Assembly: GCF_030028105.1 (NCBI RefSeq)
Contig: NC_092377.1
Span: 161,922,104-161,986,103, forward strand
DNA length: 64,000 bases
Reading direction: 5' to 3'
From: Mobula birostris
Lineage: Eukaryota
Every line of letters starts with the position of its first letter. Position 1 is the first letter of the stretch. The position numbers were made by a program, and so were the translations under genes. This document shows positions 25,453 through 36,693 of the stretch, piece by piece. Under the pieces are notes generated by a model, which was given only the letters and a program-made list of their open reading frames with translations, did not search any database and was not told where the DNA came from.

Positions 25453-27010
25453 TAGTCATAGTCATACTTTATTGATCCTGGGGGAAATTGTTTTTTGTTA
25501 CAGTTGCACCATAAGTAATTAAATAGTAATAAAACCATAAATAGTTAAATAGTGATATGTAAATTATGCCAGTAAATTATGAAGTAAGTCCAGGACCAGC
25601 CTATTGGCTCAGGGTGTCTGACCCTCCAAGGAAGGAGTTGTAAAGTTTGATGGCCACAGGCAGGAATGACTTCCTATGACGCTCTGTGTTGCATCTTGGT
25701 GGAATGAATCTCTGGCTGAATGTACTCCTGTGCCCAACCAGTACATTATGTAGTGGATGGGAGTCATTGTCCAAGGTGGCATGCAATTTGGACAGCATCC
25801 TCTTTTCAGACACTACTGTCAGAGAGTCCATTTCCATCCCCACAACATCACTGGCCTTACGAATGAGTTTGTTGATTCTGTTGGTGTCTGCTACTCTCAG
25901 CCTGCTGCCCCAGCACACAACAGCAAACATGATAGCACTGGCCACCACAGACTCGTAGAGCATCCTCAGCATCGTCCGGCAGATGTTAAAGGACCTCAGT
26001 CTCCTCAGGAAATAGAGACAGCTCTGACCCTTCTTGTAGACAGCCTCAGTGTTCTTTGACCAGTCCAGTTTATTGTCAATTCGTATCCCCAGGTATTTGT
26101 AATCCTCCACCAAATCCACCCTGACCCCCTGGATGGAAACGGGGGTCACCGGTACCTTAGCTCTCCTCAGGTCTACCACCAGCTCCTTAGTCTCTTTCAC
26201 ATTAAGCTGCAGATAATTCTGCTCACACCATGTGACAAAGTTTCCTGCCATAGCCCTCTACTCAGCCTCATCCCCCTTGTTGATGCATCCAACTATGGCA
26301 GAGTCATCCGAAAATTTCTGAAGATGACAAGACTCTGTGCAGTAGTTGAAGTCCGAGGTGTAAATGGTGAAGAGAAAGGGAGACAAGACAGTCCCCTGTG
26401 GAGCCCCAGTGCTGCTGATCACTCTGTCAGACACGCAGTGTTGCAAGCACATGTACTGTGGTCTGCCAGTCAGGTAATCAAGAATCCATGATACCAGGGA
26501 AGCATCCACCTGCATCGCTGTCAGCTTCTCCCCCAGCAGAGCAGGGCGGATGGTGTTGAATGCACTGGGGAAGTCAAAAAACATGACCCTCACAGTGCTC
26601 ACTGGCTTGTCCAGGTGGGTGTAGACACAGTTCAGCAGGTAGACGATGGCATCCTCAACTCCTAGTCGGGGCTAGTAGGCAAACTGGAGGGGATCTAAGT
26701 GTGGCCTGACCATAGGCTGGAGCAGCTCCAGAACAAGTCTCTCCAGGGTCTTCATGATGTGGGAGGTCAATGCCACTGGTCTGTAGTCATTGAGGCACGG
26801 CGTCTTAAGTACAGGGACGAGGCAGGACGTCTTCCACAGCACAGGAACCCTCCGGAGCCTCAGGCTCAGGTTGAATACATGGTGAAGTACTTCACATAGC
26901 TGAGAGGCAGAGGCTTTGAGCACCCTGGTACTGACACCATCTGGTCCTGCAGCCTTGCTTGTATTGAGACGTTTCAGCTGTCTTCTCACCTGTTCAGCTG
27001 TGAAGCCCAC
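25453..27010 (-). mobile_element. Rex1/Babar LINE (second subfamily), RT to 3' end
   Basis: [51 protein letters not shown]; (TATGAC) tail. Confidence 0.9.
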
Positions 27011-27774
27011 TGTGGTGGTTTTGTGTGATGGAAGGACAGATGGATGTTACAGCAAACCAGGCACTTACTAAGTCTTTCAATCCTGGAATCATTTTCATGA
27101 AGCTCCTTTGAACCCTCTCTAGTTTCAGCATGGGGGCCCAAAACTGCTGACAATACTCCCAAGTGAGGCCTCACCAGTGTTCTATAAAGCATCAATATTA
27201 CATCCTTGCTTTTATAGTCTGCGCCTCTGAAAATAAATCTTATCATCGCATTTGCCTTCCTCACCACCAACTCAACCTGCAAATTAAGCTTTAAGGAATC
27301 CTGCATGAGAACTCGCAAGTCCCATCACACCTCAGAGTTTTGAATTTTCTCTCTGTTTATGAAACACTTCCTGCCTATTTGAGGGTGGCAGGTTGGAGAT
27401 GCGTCCCTACCCAAAGGAGGTGTAAGGTGCACCTGCCTTCTGCTAGCCCACCCCCCCCCCCAAAAAATCAGGGTCACGTGAAGTCATGGGAGCAGATGCT
27501 GGGTGGTCATATGAGCAAGTGGTGCATATCACAAGCCCTTGTTATGTGTCCACTGATGCCACGCAGACAAATACATAAAGGGTATTGATAATAGCTGGGG
27601 TTACCCTGAAAAAGGCAATGGCAAACCAATTCTGTAGAAAAATATGCCAAGGACATTGATGATCACCTATGTCATATGACCCAGCACGTGATGACAATGA
27701 TGAATTTTAAGGTGATTGGAGGAAAGTATAGGGGGATATCAGAGGTAGATGTTTTATTCAAAAGGTTCAAAGGA

Positions 27775-28587
27775 ACATCTAAACAAGCCCTGATGCATTT
27801 TGAAAACAAGTCCTGTGGACTGATGAAGTTAATATAGAACTTTTTGGCTGCATTGAGCAAAGATATGTTTGGAAAAAAAAGGTGCAGAATTTCATGAAAA
27901 CCCCTCTCCAACTGTTAAGCACGGGGGTGGATCGATCATACTTTGGGCTTGTGTTGCAGCCAGTGGCACGGGGAATGTTTACTGGTAGAGGGAAGAATGT
28001 ATTCAATTAAATACCAGCAAATTCTAGAAGCAAATATCACACCGTCTGTAAAAAAAGCTGAAGATGAAAAGGGGATGGCTTCTACAACAGGATAATGATC
28101 CTAAACACACCTCAAAATCAAGAGGCGCAAGCTGAAGGTTTTCCCATGGCCCTCACAGTCCTCTGACCTAACATCATAAAGCATCTGTGGATAGACCTCA
28201 AAAGAGCAGTGTATGCAAGACTGCCCGAGAATCTCACAGAACTAGAAGCCTTTTGCAAAGAAGAATGGGCGAAAATCCCCCAAACAAGAATTGAAAGACT
28301 CTTAGCTGGCAACAAAAGGTGTTTACAATCTGTGATATGTGCCAAAGAGGGTGTTACTAAGTACTGACCATGCAGGGTGCCCAAACTTTTGCTTCGGGCC
28401 CTTTTCCTTTTTTGTTATTTTGAAACTGTAAAAGATGGAAATAAAAAAGTTTTCTTGCTTAAAATATTAAAGAAATGTGTCATCTTTAACGTTATGCCTT
28501 TTGGAAATCAGTTCATCTTTTACCCGCTAAGCTATTCACAGTAACAGAGATTTTGACCGGGGTGCCCAAACTTTTGCATGCCACAGT
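27775..28587 (+). mobile_element. Tc1-family transposon, 3' half with IR/DR end
   Basis: VLWTDE, VKHGGGSI, QQDNDPKHTS, WPSQS-DL remnants; direct repeat GGGTGCCCAAACTTTTGC at ~28375 and ~28560; ends ..CAG TA. Confidence 0.85.
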
Positions 28588-29589
28588 ATATATTTATTGT
28601 TGTCTAATTATAATTTGTCCTGTGTTTTCCTTCATTACATTGGTAATTAACTTTAAAATTGTTTTATGCATTGTAAAATGCACAGGGCCACACAAGGTCA
28701 AAAACTCAAGGCAGTGATAAGAAACAGGTAGCCTGCAGCTAATTGAAGGGGGCTAAAAGAAGCAAGCAACCGTGGAAATACTGAAACCTCAATGGGATAA
28801 GGGGCTTCCGGTTAACATGGTGCTGAGCTGCGGTTTCCATCAAGGTCATAGCTCAGGCGTAGTTGTTTTAGTAAGGTTCATAGGGATGATTTGGAGGACA
28901 GAGAGTGGAGTCAGGGATGTGGGGATGTAGAAGTTTGGACTGAGTCTAACCCTCTGCTCCACATCTGAAGGCCAGTGATGATGTTGCCTTCGGACATCTG
29001 GCCCAGAAGGCACAGTGAACAAAGACCAGCATGGACAAGGGCCTCTCATCAGTTGATCAAGGTCAGCATGTCCCCCATAGGATCAGGTAGATCAGAGGTC
29101 CATGTGGGCCGCAGGTGTGATGGCCCATGACTGATGGCCCATGACACCCCCCCCCCCCGCCAAGATACGTGAGTTGACAAGTCCAGAGTTAAAATCCTGA
29201 AGGTCGTAGTCCCAGCATTAGTGAGTCCAGAGTTTGAGGCCTGAGTTCAGGGTCCTGATATGAGAGAATCCAGAATACAAAGCCATAGTTTGAGGTACCA
29301 TCATTGACAAATCCTGGAGTCAATCAGAAGTCTGAAGGGTGAGGCCCAACAGCCAGAGCCATGAGTCTGTAATTCCAGTGGGGAAGCCAGAGACCATTGT
29401 CTGCAGGTCCGGAGGCTGGAGGCCCGGCATACCGTGTGATTGGAGGACTGTGTGTTTGTATGTATGAGAGGAAAGAAAGGGGCTAGAGGACATTCTATTT
29501 TGGCACTGGCATCTACAGCCACTTGTGAGCTGCCCTAGCTCATCCTTAGATGTGTTGGTTCTTAATAGAAACAACATATTTCATTGTAT

Positions 29590-29819
29590 CAACACACACA
29601 AAAAATGCTGGTGCGCGCAGCAGGCCAGGCAGCATCTATAGGAAGAAGTACAGTTGACGTTTTGAGCCGGGACCCTTCATCAGGACTGATGAAGGGTCCC
29701 GGGCTGAAACATCCACTGTACTTCTTCCTATAGATGCTGCCTGGCCTCCTGCATTCAGCACTTTTTGTGTGTGTCACTTGAATTTCCAGCATCTGCAAAT
29801 TTCCTCTTGTCTGCGTTTT
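29590..29819. mobile_element. Palindromic Penelope-derived mini-element with two opposed hammerhead motifs and a 13-bp TSD
   Basis: ~95-bp inverted arms around CATCAG-GA-CTGATG (29678-29691); TATTTCATTGTAT at 29577-29589 and 29820-29832. Confidence 0.8.
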
Positions 29820-29959
29820 TATTTCATTGTATGTTTCAATGTACAATGTCCAGATAAATAATTCTGAACCTGAGAGCTTATAGATGTCAGAAACTTTATG
29901 TACTTTACCTTTTCACAGAAAATTCAAGGAAATATGAAATGAAGAGGGGACTTGTGATT

Positions 29960-30266
29960 TGAAAATAACATATTTAATCAACCAAGAAGGTTTCTCCACC
30001 TGTACAGTAATAATTCAAATAATAACAATAATTGTTGAATTATATTTTTGTATTTGAAAACTCAACACATTATTCTCATGAATAAATAGCTCTAAATGAT
30101 AAAACGTAAATGTGAGCAAATATTGCTGCCTGTATATCTCAGTATTTAGAAGATAATTCTATCTACTATTAATCAAATAAGAGATATTCTGTACTTAGTA
30201 CATACATACTCTCTAAACCAACAATTTCTGATTTGTTTTCTAAATAACACAGAGAATTAAAATGCC
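29960..30266 (-). promoter_or_regulatory. il1b copy A 3'UTR with ATTTA motifs and ATTAAA poly(A) signal
   Basis: About four ATTTA on minus; ATTAAA at 29973-29978 is conserved in copy C (49063-49068). Confidence 0.65.
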
Positions 30267-30479
30267 TCATTTAGCTGTGAAGATCGTGATTCTGTTATGG
30301 TGTTTCTTCTCATCCATTTCAACTGGCTGCTTGTCCCTGTGGGATGTGCTGATGTACCACCCATGATGTAGAGCTGACTCAAACTCAAAGTAATGGCCTG
30401 CACCTGAAACCTTCTTGAAGAAAACGAAGCGAAGCAGGTCAGTGGCACTACTGATATTTTGCAAATTCTGATCCCATTT
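30267..30479 (-). CDS. il1b: il1b copy A last exon
   Basis: ttcacag|AAA TGG GAT... KWDQNLQNISS...ITIFTAK, then TGA. Confidence 0.93.
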   Translation of the reverse strand, partial: KWDQNLQNISSATDLLRFVFFKKVSGAGHYFEFESALHHGWYISTSHRDKQPVEMDEKKHHNRITIFTAK

Positions 30480-33400
30480 CTGTGAAAATAAATGTCAGAA
30501 ACGAAGTTAAGTACAGTTACATTTCAAATGAGAAAGCTATAAATAGTATTACTCAGGACAGGCTGCCTCCACAGCAGGTGCTGAGCATGTGTTGCTGGGA
30601 TGAGATTTGTGCCAGCTGCATGTTTGTAAAGATAGCCCTAACCTTGCCAACCCTTTCCGTATTTAAAGTGTTCAGGCTGGAGAGAATTGGGATCCTCTGC
30701 TCTGTTTAAACTTCTCATTACTTAATTACCTATCATTTAAAAGTCGCTAACAATTCAGTTTTGAAACTGTTCTGAGTTGGCTGACCTGAATTGGGGAGGG
30801 ACATAGTTCTCAACATTCCAGGATTGGGGACAAAAGTACAGAGTACTGACCACTGACCTCACAGATTAGGATATTAAGTAAGGATTTAGTTGTGATATCA
30901 CTCTCCAGTCAAGAGCGTTCAGTTTCAATGATCAGCTCTGTAGAAATGTATTTTTTTTATCTTATGAGTGTGTGTGTGAGAGAGAGAGAGCATTAAACCT
31001 ATCTTCTCAATGCTACCTTCTGATTGTGCCGTTTTACTCCTTTTTCCAATAATTTATTCTTTGTTCTCTTCCTTGCCATCAATTCACTTTGATTTTCATG
31101 CTAACTAGCAAAACCTTGGGTAACATGCAGGGGACAATTAACCTGCACGTCTTTAGGATATGGACAAAAGTGGAGCACCTGGAGCAAGCACACCTCCAGA
31201 ATAGAGAATGGTCAGTACCCTGGAATGGAAATTCTTCCGGAGGAAATCAGATATGGTGAAAGGTGTTGGAAGGTTCTCAATGATGTTATGGAACCTGAAT
31301 ATATGCTGGATATAGGCTAACAAAGCCAGTGTAAGGGAGATGTTTTGAAAAGTGGATAAAATTCTCTGTCACATGTGATTTGCAGAAAGCCCAAGGAAAA
31401 GGTGGAAACAGAGGCAGATTCTCCAGACAACAATACATGGGACTGTGTACCAGTCAGTTAACCACATGCATACATGATTTCTTACCTCCACTCGCATCCT
31501 GGGATTGTCCGGTGGCCCTGAGCACGAGAGGAACATATTCTGATTGTTTATTCCCAGAACAACTGGCAAATAATTTACTTCACCGGCAGTTGCCTTGTAG
31601 TACCTCACATTAAGTGTTACTGTCGACCAAAGGAGGGATACTTTAGCACAGTCATCAAAATACATATATACTCATATCAATAAAAGTGCTGCAATGTGGT
31701 AGCTACTTTATTTGGAGTTATAACCAAGCTATTCATTGCATCTAAGTAATCTAAGGCCATGAATGGAGCATGACACATTGGGCAGGGCAACTATTCAGAC
31801 TCCCATTCTTACCCATGATTCATTCATAACTTTGCTTAGCTCTATATTCCTATTTCAGCTGGAGAAGCATGCTGATGACAGGGTTAAATAAAATGTCGCA
31901 GACTGAAGGCAGCACATTTTTAGAGAGTTAGAGGTATGAGAGGGACATGTGAAAAGCAATTGAAGACATTTCCTATTTTGTGCAATGTTCTTTCCCATTC
32001 GTCATAACACCTTGAAGAGTTAGATACTTCTGCCAATCTTTCCATATTTTAAGTACAACAAAAAAGTGGGAGCATAAAGTTTACCCACCTTCATCTGATG
32101 GCTGCTGCAAGAACATGGCCAGGAGCTGGAAGTTCTCTGATAACTTCAGGCATTTGTCTTGTTCATCCCTCACTTGCTGACACTCAGTCTTCATGAACCT
32201 GTAGGAGCTGGACACCACTTCAGCATCTTCATAGTTGGTGTAAGTGATGGCTTCTGTTGGCACAAATAAGATTAAGTTATTGATCATGGTATATTAACAG
32301 AGATTAAACATAAATGAAATCCTGGACCCAACTATTTCTTTACTATTCCTGGGCATTGTCAGTGTTGACAAATCTGAGTGTATTGATTTGTCGTGGTTAT
32401 TCTGTTGAACATAGAACATTGCAGCATCATATAGGCCTTTCAGCTTATGAAATTGTGATGTCCCTTTAATCTGCTCTGAGATCAATCTAACCCTTCTGCA
32501 TAACTCTCCAATTTTTTATATATCATCATCAATGCTATCTTAGATATTCTTAAATGGTCCTAGTGTATCTGCCTCTGCCACCACACTTAGCAGTGCATTC
32601 CACACATCCACCACTCTTTTATAAAGACCTTACCTCTGACGTTCCTCCTGTACTATCCTCTGATCACCTTAAAATTATGCTACCTTGTATGAGCCTTCTC
32701 TGCCCTGGGAAATGTTTCTGGCGATCCACTGTCTATTTTATCATCTTGTACATCTCTGTCAGGTCACCTCTCATCCTTCTTTGCTTCAAGGAGAAAAGCC
32801 TTAGCTTGCTCAACCTTTCTTCATAAGACGTGCTTTCCAGTCCAGTCAGCATGCTGTCTCTTTTGGGTTTTTTTTTTTGATAACCTTTCTTCTCAAATCT
32901 TTGTGGGAAAGGCACAGTCCTGCATTTTGTAGGAAATCTCATGACAGTGATGAGCATCAGTGAAGGCTCAGTGTTAACAGAACCACTGGGATCAGGAGCA
33001 GATTGCAGGCCTTCACATTGGAACCAATGCTTCCAATTGTAACTAATCACGACAGACAGAGTAACAATACTGAAAGGAAAGATCAGCTCACCTTCTACAA
33101 GTGCATTGAAGTTTCCAAGCAAGTCAGTGTCTCCAAAGCAAGTACTTTCACAGTCCCAGCTGTCTGTGCATGGCTGCTGCAACTTCTTCTTGAATTTTTC
33201 AACTGCAAGAGCCAACATGATGGCTTTCTCCAGTGTCAGCTTTGCAGAACCAGCCGTGCTAATAGATAAGAACTCTCCCGTGATCTTCAATTGGTAACTG
33301 TCTGAATGGTGACGTGCAGTGCTCAGCTCCATCGGACTTGGTAATGTTTTTTGAAATGGGCTCTGCATAATGAGAAACCACCATTAAATCTCCCAATTCA

Positions 33401-34508
33401 GCTATCATAATAATTTTAGAGGGCCTGATAGCTAGGGTACAGAACAATTGATAATCAGGTCCATCCCAAGATCTGTGGGCTAAACATCAGACAGTGTAAA
33501 ACTCACAGTTTAAAAGGGTCCCTGACATCATACTTCCCCGTCTGGATTCTCTGATACCTCATGGCAACTAAATATTTATTGATTCAAACTTGCACTAATT
33601 TTAACAATAATATCTTCCCCAAAACTTATTCTGGTATCATATCTATTATTCTTACCTTGACCCAGGGACAAGAAGTAGGAGATATAATATGACAATCCCC
33701 ATTGTGCCAGTAACTTAAGGATCTGTAGATGAAAGACTTATTTCAGTCAGTTTATATGGAAAAGGGTAGATCACCTTCAGTAAGTTATTAACCATACATG
33801 AAAATCTCAAGTTCAAGAGATTCTGCAAATGCTAGAAATCCAGGGCAACACAAACAAAATGCTGGAGGAACTCAGCAGCTCAGGTAGCATCACCCAGCCT
33901 TCCTTTGACATTTTCCCCCTTCTTTTCCAGTCCCGATGAAGGGTCTTAGCCTGAAACTTCAGCTGTTTATTCATTTCAGTTACTGAAATAATTAGTTACA
34001 TGTTGCTCTGAATCCTAGGCAATGGAAGTGGGCCCAGTCAGATATAAACCTACTCCACATCCACTTGTCTGTAGCTAGTCTTCACACACTTACAAAATAA
34101 TATGTCTGGGATCTGGCAGGATGCACTGACCTTTATTTGAAAATTAGAAAAAACAATTCTGAGAAAACCGTAAATATTCTGAATATTGTCACAGTTACCA
34201 AATCTGATAATAAGCAACTATAAGTAGACTATGCCACGCATATAACCAATGTTATACTTCCCTTTCTCTAAAATACTGCACAGACAATTAAGTCTAAATA
34301 TTTTCTCCAAATTGTACTCTCATCCTTGATGATAAGAGTACCATTCTGTTGGTTTGGTTTGAGCTGAGATCAGACATATTTAGTAGCTGTAAATATATTC
34401 ACTGTTCAAAAAGGGCACTAATATGTTTGCACAACTATGTTTTACATACTAAACAAAAAGTGCTGTGGAGAAACCATTGGCTCACCTCAGGGATTCACTG
34501 TCAGCCAT
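30267..34508 (-). CDS. il1b: Interleukin-1 beta, copy A (6 coding exons, 290 aa)
   Basis: Exons 34508-34486, 33722-33656, 33362-33092, 32253-32089, 31619-31486 and 30479-30267 total 873 nt, all GT-AG and in phase. Motifs: LALAVEKFKK (pro-domain), LPVVLGINNQNMFLSC, LLRFVFFKK and FESALHHGWYISTS (IL-1 family signature). Confidence 0.93.
31486..31619 (-). CDS. il1b: il1b copy A exon 5
   Basis: VTLNVRYYK...LPVVLGINNQNMFLSCSG...MRVE|gtaag; 134 nt. Confidence 0.93.
32089..32253 (-). CDS. il1b: il1b copy A exon 4
   Basis: EAITYTNYEDAEVV...RDEQDKCLKLSENFQLLAMFLQQPSDE G|gtgggt; 165 nt. Confidence 0.92.
33092..33362 (-). CDS. il1b: il1b copy A exon 3 (pro-domain)
   Basis: atgcag|AGC CCA... NALVE G|gtgagc; 271 nt. 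Confidence 0.9.
33656..33722 (-). CDS. il1b: il1b copy A exon 2
   Basis: ctacag|A TCC TTA AGT... GTC AAG|gtaag; 67 nt; paralogous exon conserved in copy C. Confidence 0.85.
34486..34508 (-). CDS. il1b: il1b copy A exon 1 coding part
   Basis: acaATGG CTGACAGTGAATCCCTG AG|gtgag, encoding MADSESLR. Confidence 0.8.
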
Positions 34509-34599
34509 TGTAATTTTTACAGATCCCGTCTCAGTCCTCGTAATAGCGTAGCTCTCAGATTGTCAGAATAGTACTGCGTGAGTTCTAATTTTGCTCTGC

Positions 34600-34845
34600 T
34601 GATGATCAGCCTCTATCCCTTATTTAAAGTTCACTGTCCTTGTGTGCTCCTCCTCCAGGGTGTGACACAGTGAGTGGAAACTTTATGATTACAAAGTTTG
34701 GTGAATTAGCCTCTCACTTCCTCACTTGCAGATCTTCCCAAAATTACGTCCTTGTGACATGGAAGTTTGAAAATTTTTTTAAAAAATCAGAATAATATTA
34801 CTGAGGTTGCACTGCAAAAGAATTAAAAATGAAATTCCCCTTTCT
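34600..34845 (-). promoter_or_regulatory. il1b copy A promoter: TATA-like, PU.1/ETS and kappaB-like motifs
   Basis: On minus: TTTAAATAAG 34619-34628, GAGGAAGTG 34715-34723, GGGAAGATCT 34730-34739, GGGGAATTTCA 34830-34840. The TATA-like and PU.1 motifs are conserved in all three copies. Confidence 0.7.
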
Positions 34846-36693
34846 TTATGTTTATTTACATTGGTTTGACAGCAATTTTCTATCTCAATGTTTTGGAGGC
34901 TAAGAATCAAATTGTTTAATGATAATGCTGGAAGATTCATTTTGTAACAAACAGAAAATGTGGTTCTTTGTCCATTCTGTTCTATTTCATTTATTAAATG
35001 GATTAAGATCAGTTTATTTGTCACATGTACATCGAAACATTCGGTGAAAGGCATCGTTTATGTCAAATCAGATCTACAAGGTTTGTGCTGCCATGCTTCC
35101 AGTGCCAACATGGCATGCCCACAAGCCTAACCATATGTCCTTGGAATGTGAGAGGAAACCAGATACCCAATGGAAACCCATGCGTTCACAAAGAGAACAT
35201 ACCAACTACTTACAGACATTAGCCAGAACAAACTTTCCACCTGTGCACTAATCTGGTGAGCACTTAATCATTTCTTTCCAGATCTCCAGTTAGCGGAGTA
35301 TTCTATTTTGTGTTTACGGACTATGTCAAAGGTTGCAGATCAATAAATCAAGATGTGTTATGGATAATTGTGCATAGTGGAATTGATGCTTCCATGAGGT
35401 GGAAACACAATAAGATCAAAGTCACTGCTATTGTAGTCAAAAATGGAGATTAAGTATTAAATGATCTGAGGAGGCTATTCAATGGATATTCCCATCCTCA
35501 AAGATGGTATGCCCAGGCATTTATAGTTACCATCAGACTTTAGTGCCAAGACAGTAATCAATCTCAGCCTCTTCCTAAAGTCTGAAGCACGACTGAAACT
35601 AATCATCAGTCACTTTAAAGAGTTGCATTCCAGGAGTAACAGTGATGCCCCTTGATATTGTCAAAAGTTGTTGAATAGTAGATTGGTCTGTAAAGTAAAG
35701 CCCATGTTATTAAGGGGAGAGAGGGAAATTGAATCCAAAATTTGTTATATGGCAGGACACAAAGATAAAGATTGCTGAGTGTGATTGTGATTGGAATTTG
35801 TGATGTTCACTGTAGGAGTCTACAGGGTTCAGAACACATTGCTGTTTACAATATACATGTTTTAAATAGATAGGCATGATCAATTAATCTGCACATGATA
35901 GAAAAATTGATTTCTGGAGGAAAGGTTTATACAGCAACAGAATGCAGTTGGTCTGGTCAGTTGTTTAGAAAAGTGATTTCCAGAGAAAAGATTTATACTG
36001 CAACAAGATGTAAATGGTCTGGTCATTTGGTCAGAAAAGTGGAAACAGGATTTTAACCATGGAAATAATTAATCAAGGTTTCTTTGGATCCAAAAGCGTT
36101 GTCTAAAAGGATGGTGCCAGATTGTTAAGATTTGTAAAAAAAAGGATGGTACTCTGACGGTTGATCATGATAAGATAAACAAATCCTTTCAGGAATTTTA
36201 TACTTCTTTATATCAATCAGAATTTCCTGATGACCCCACTATAATGCACGAATTTTTGAAGACATTGAATATTCCAAAATTACCACCCAATGAACGTTTA
36301 AAACTAGATGTACCTATTACGGTAGAAGAAATAAAGAATGCTATATCCACCATGAATTCAGGTAAAGCACCTGGTCCAGACAGTTATACAGTAGAATTTT
36401 TTAAATCCTTTTCTACTGTACTTTCTTCTTGGTTATGTAGAATCTTTAAAGATGCAGTATTTAGAGGTAAATTACCACAATCTTTTTATCGAGCTTCTAT
36501 TTCCCTAATTCTTATAAAAGATAGGGATCCTACTGAATGTGCATCTTATTGGCCTATATCTTTGCTGAATGTGGATTCTAAGATTTTTTCTAAAATATTG
36601 GCAACGAGACTGGAGAATGTATTGCCTCAAATTATTTCTGTTGATCAGACTGGATTTATTAAAAATCGTTACTCCTTCTTTAAGATTAGGAGA

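Noticed and set aside
32084-32088. Alternative donor GTAAAC for il1b exon 4
   Set aside because: It gives phase 2 and breaks the frame with exon 5; the GTGGGT donor keeps phase 1.
32733-33368. 211-aa ORF as an IL-1/LINE fusion protein
   Set aside because: It is exon 3 read through its GT donor (33091) into an intronic CR1 fragment; the read-through tail is not conserved in copy C.
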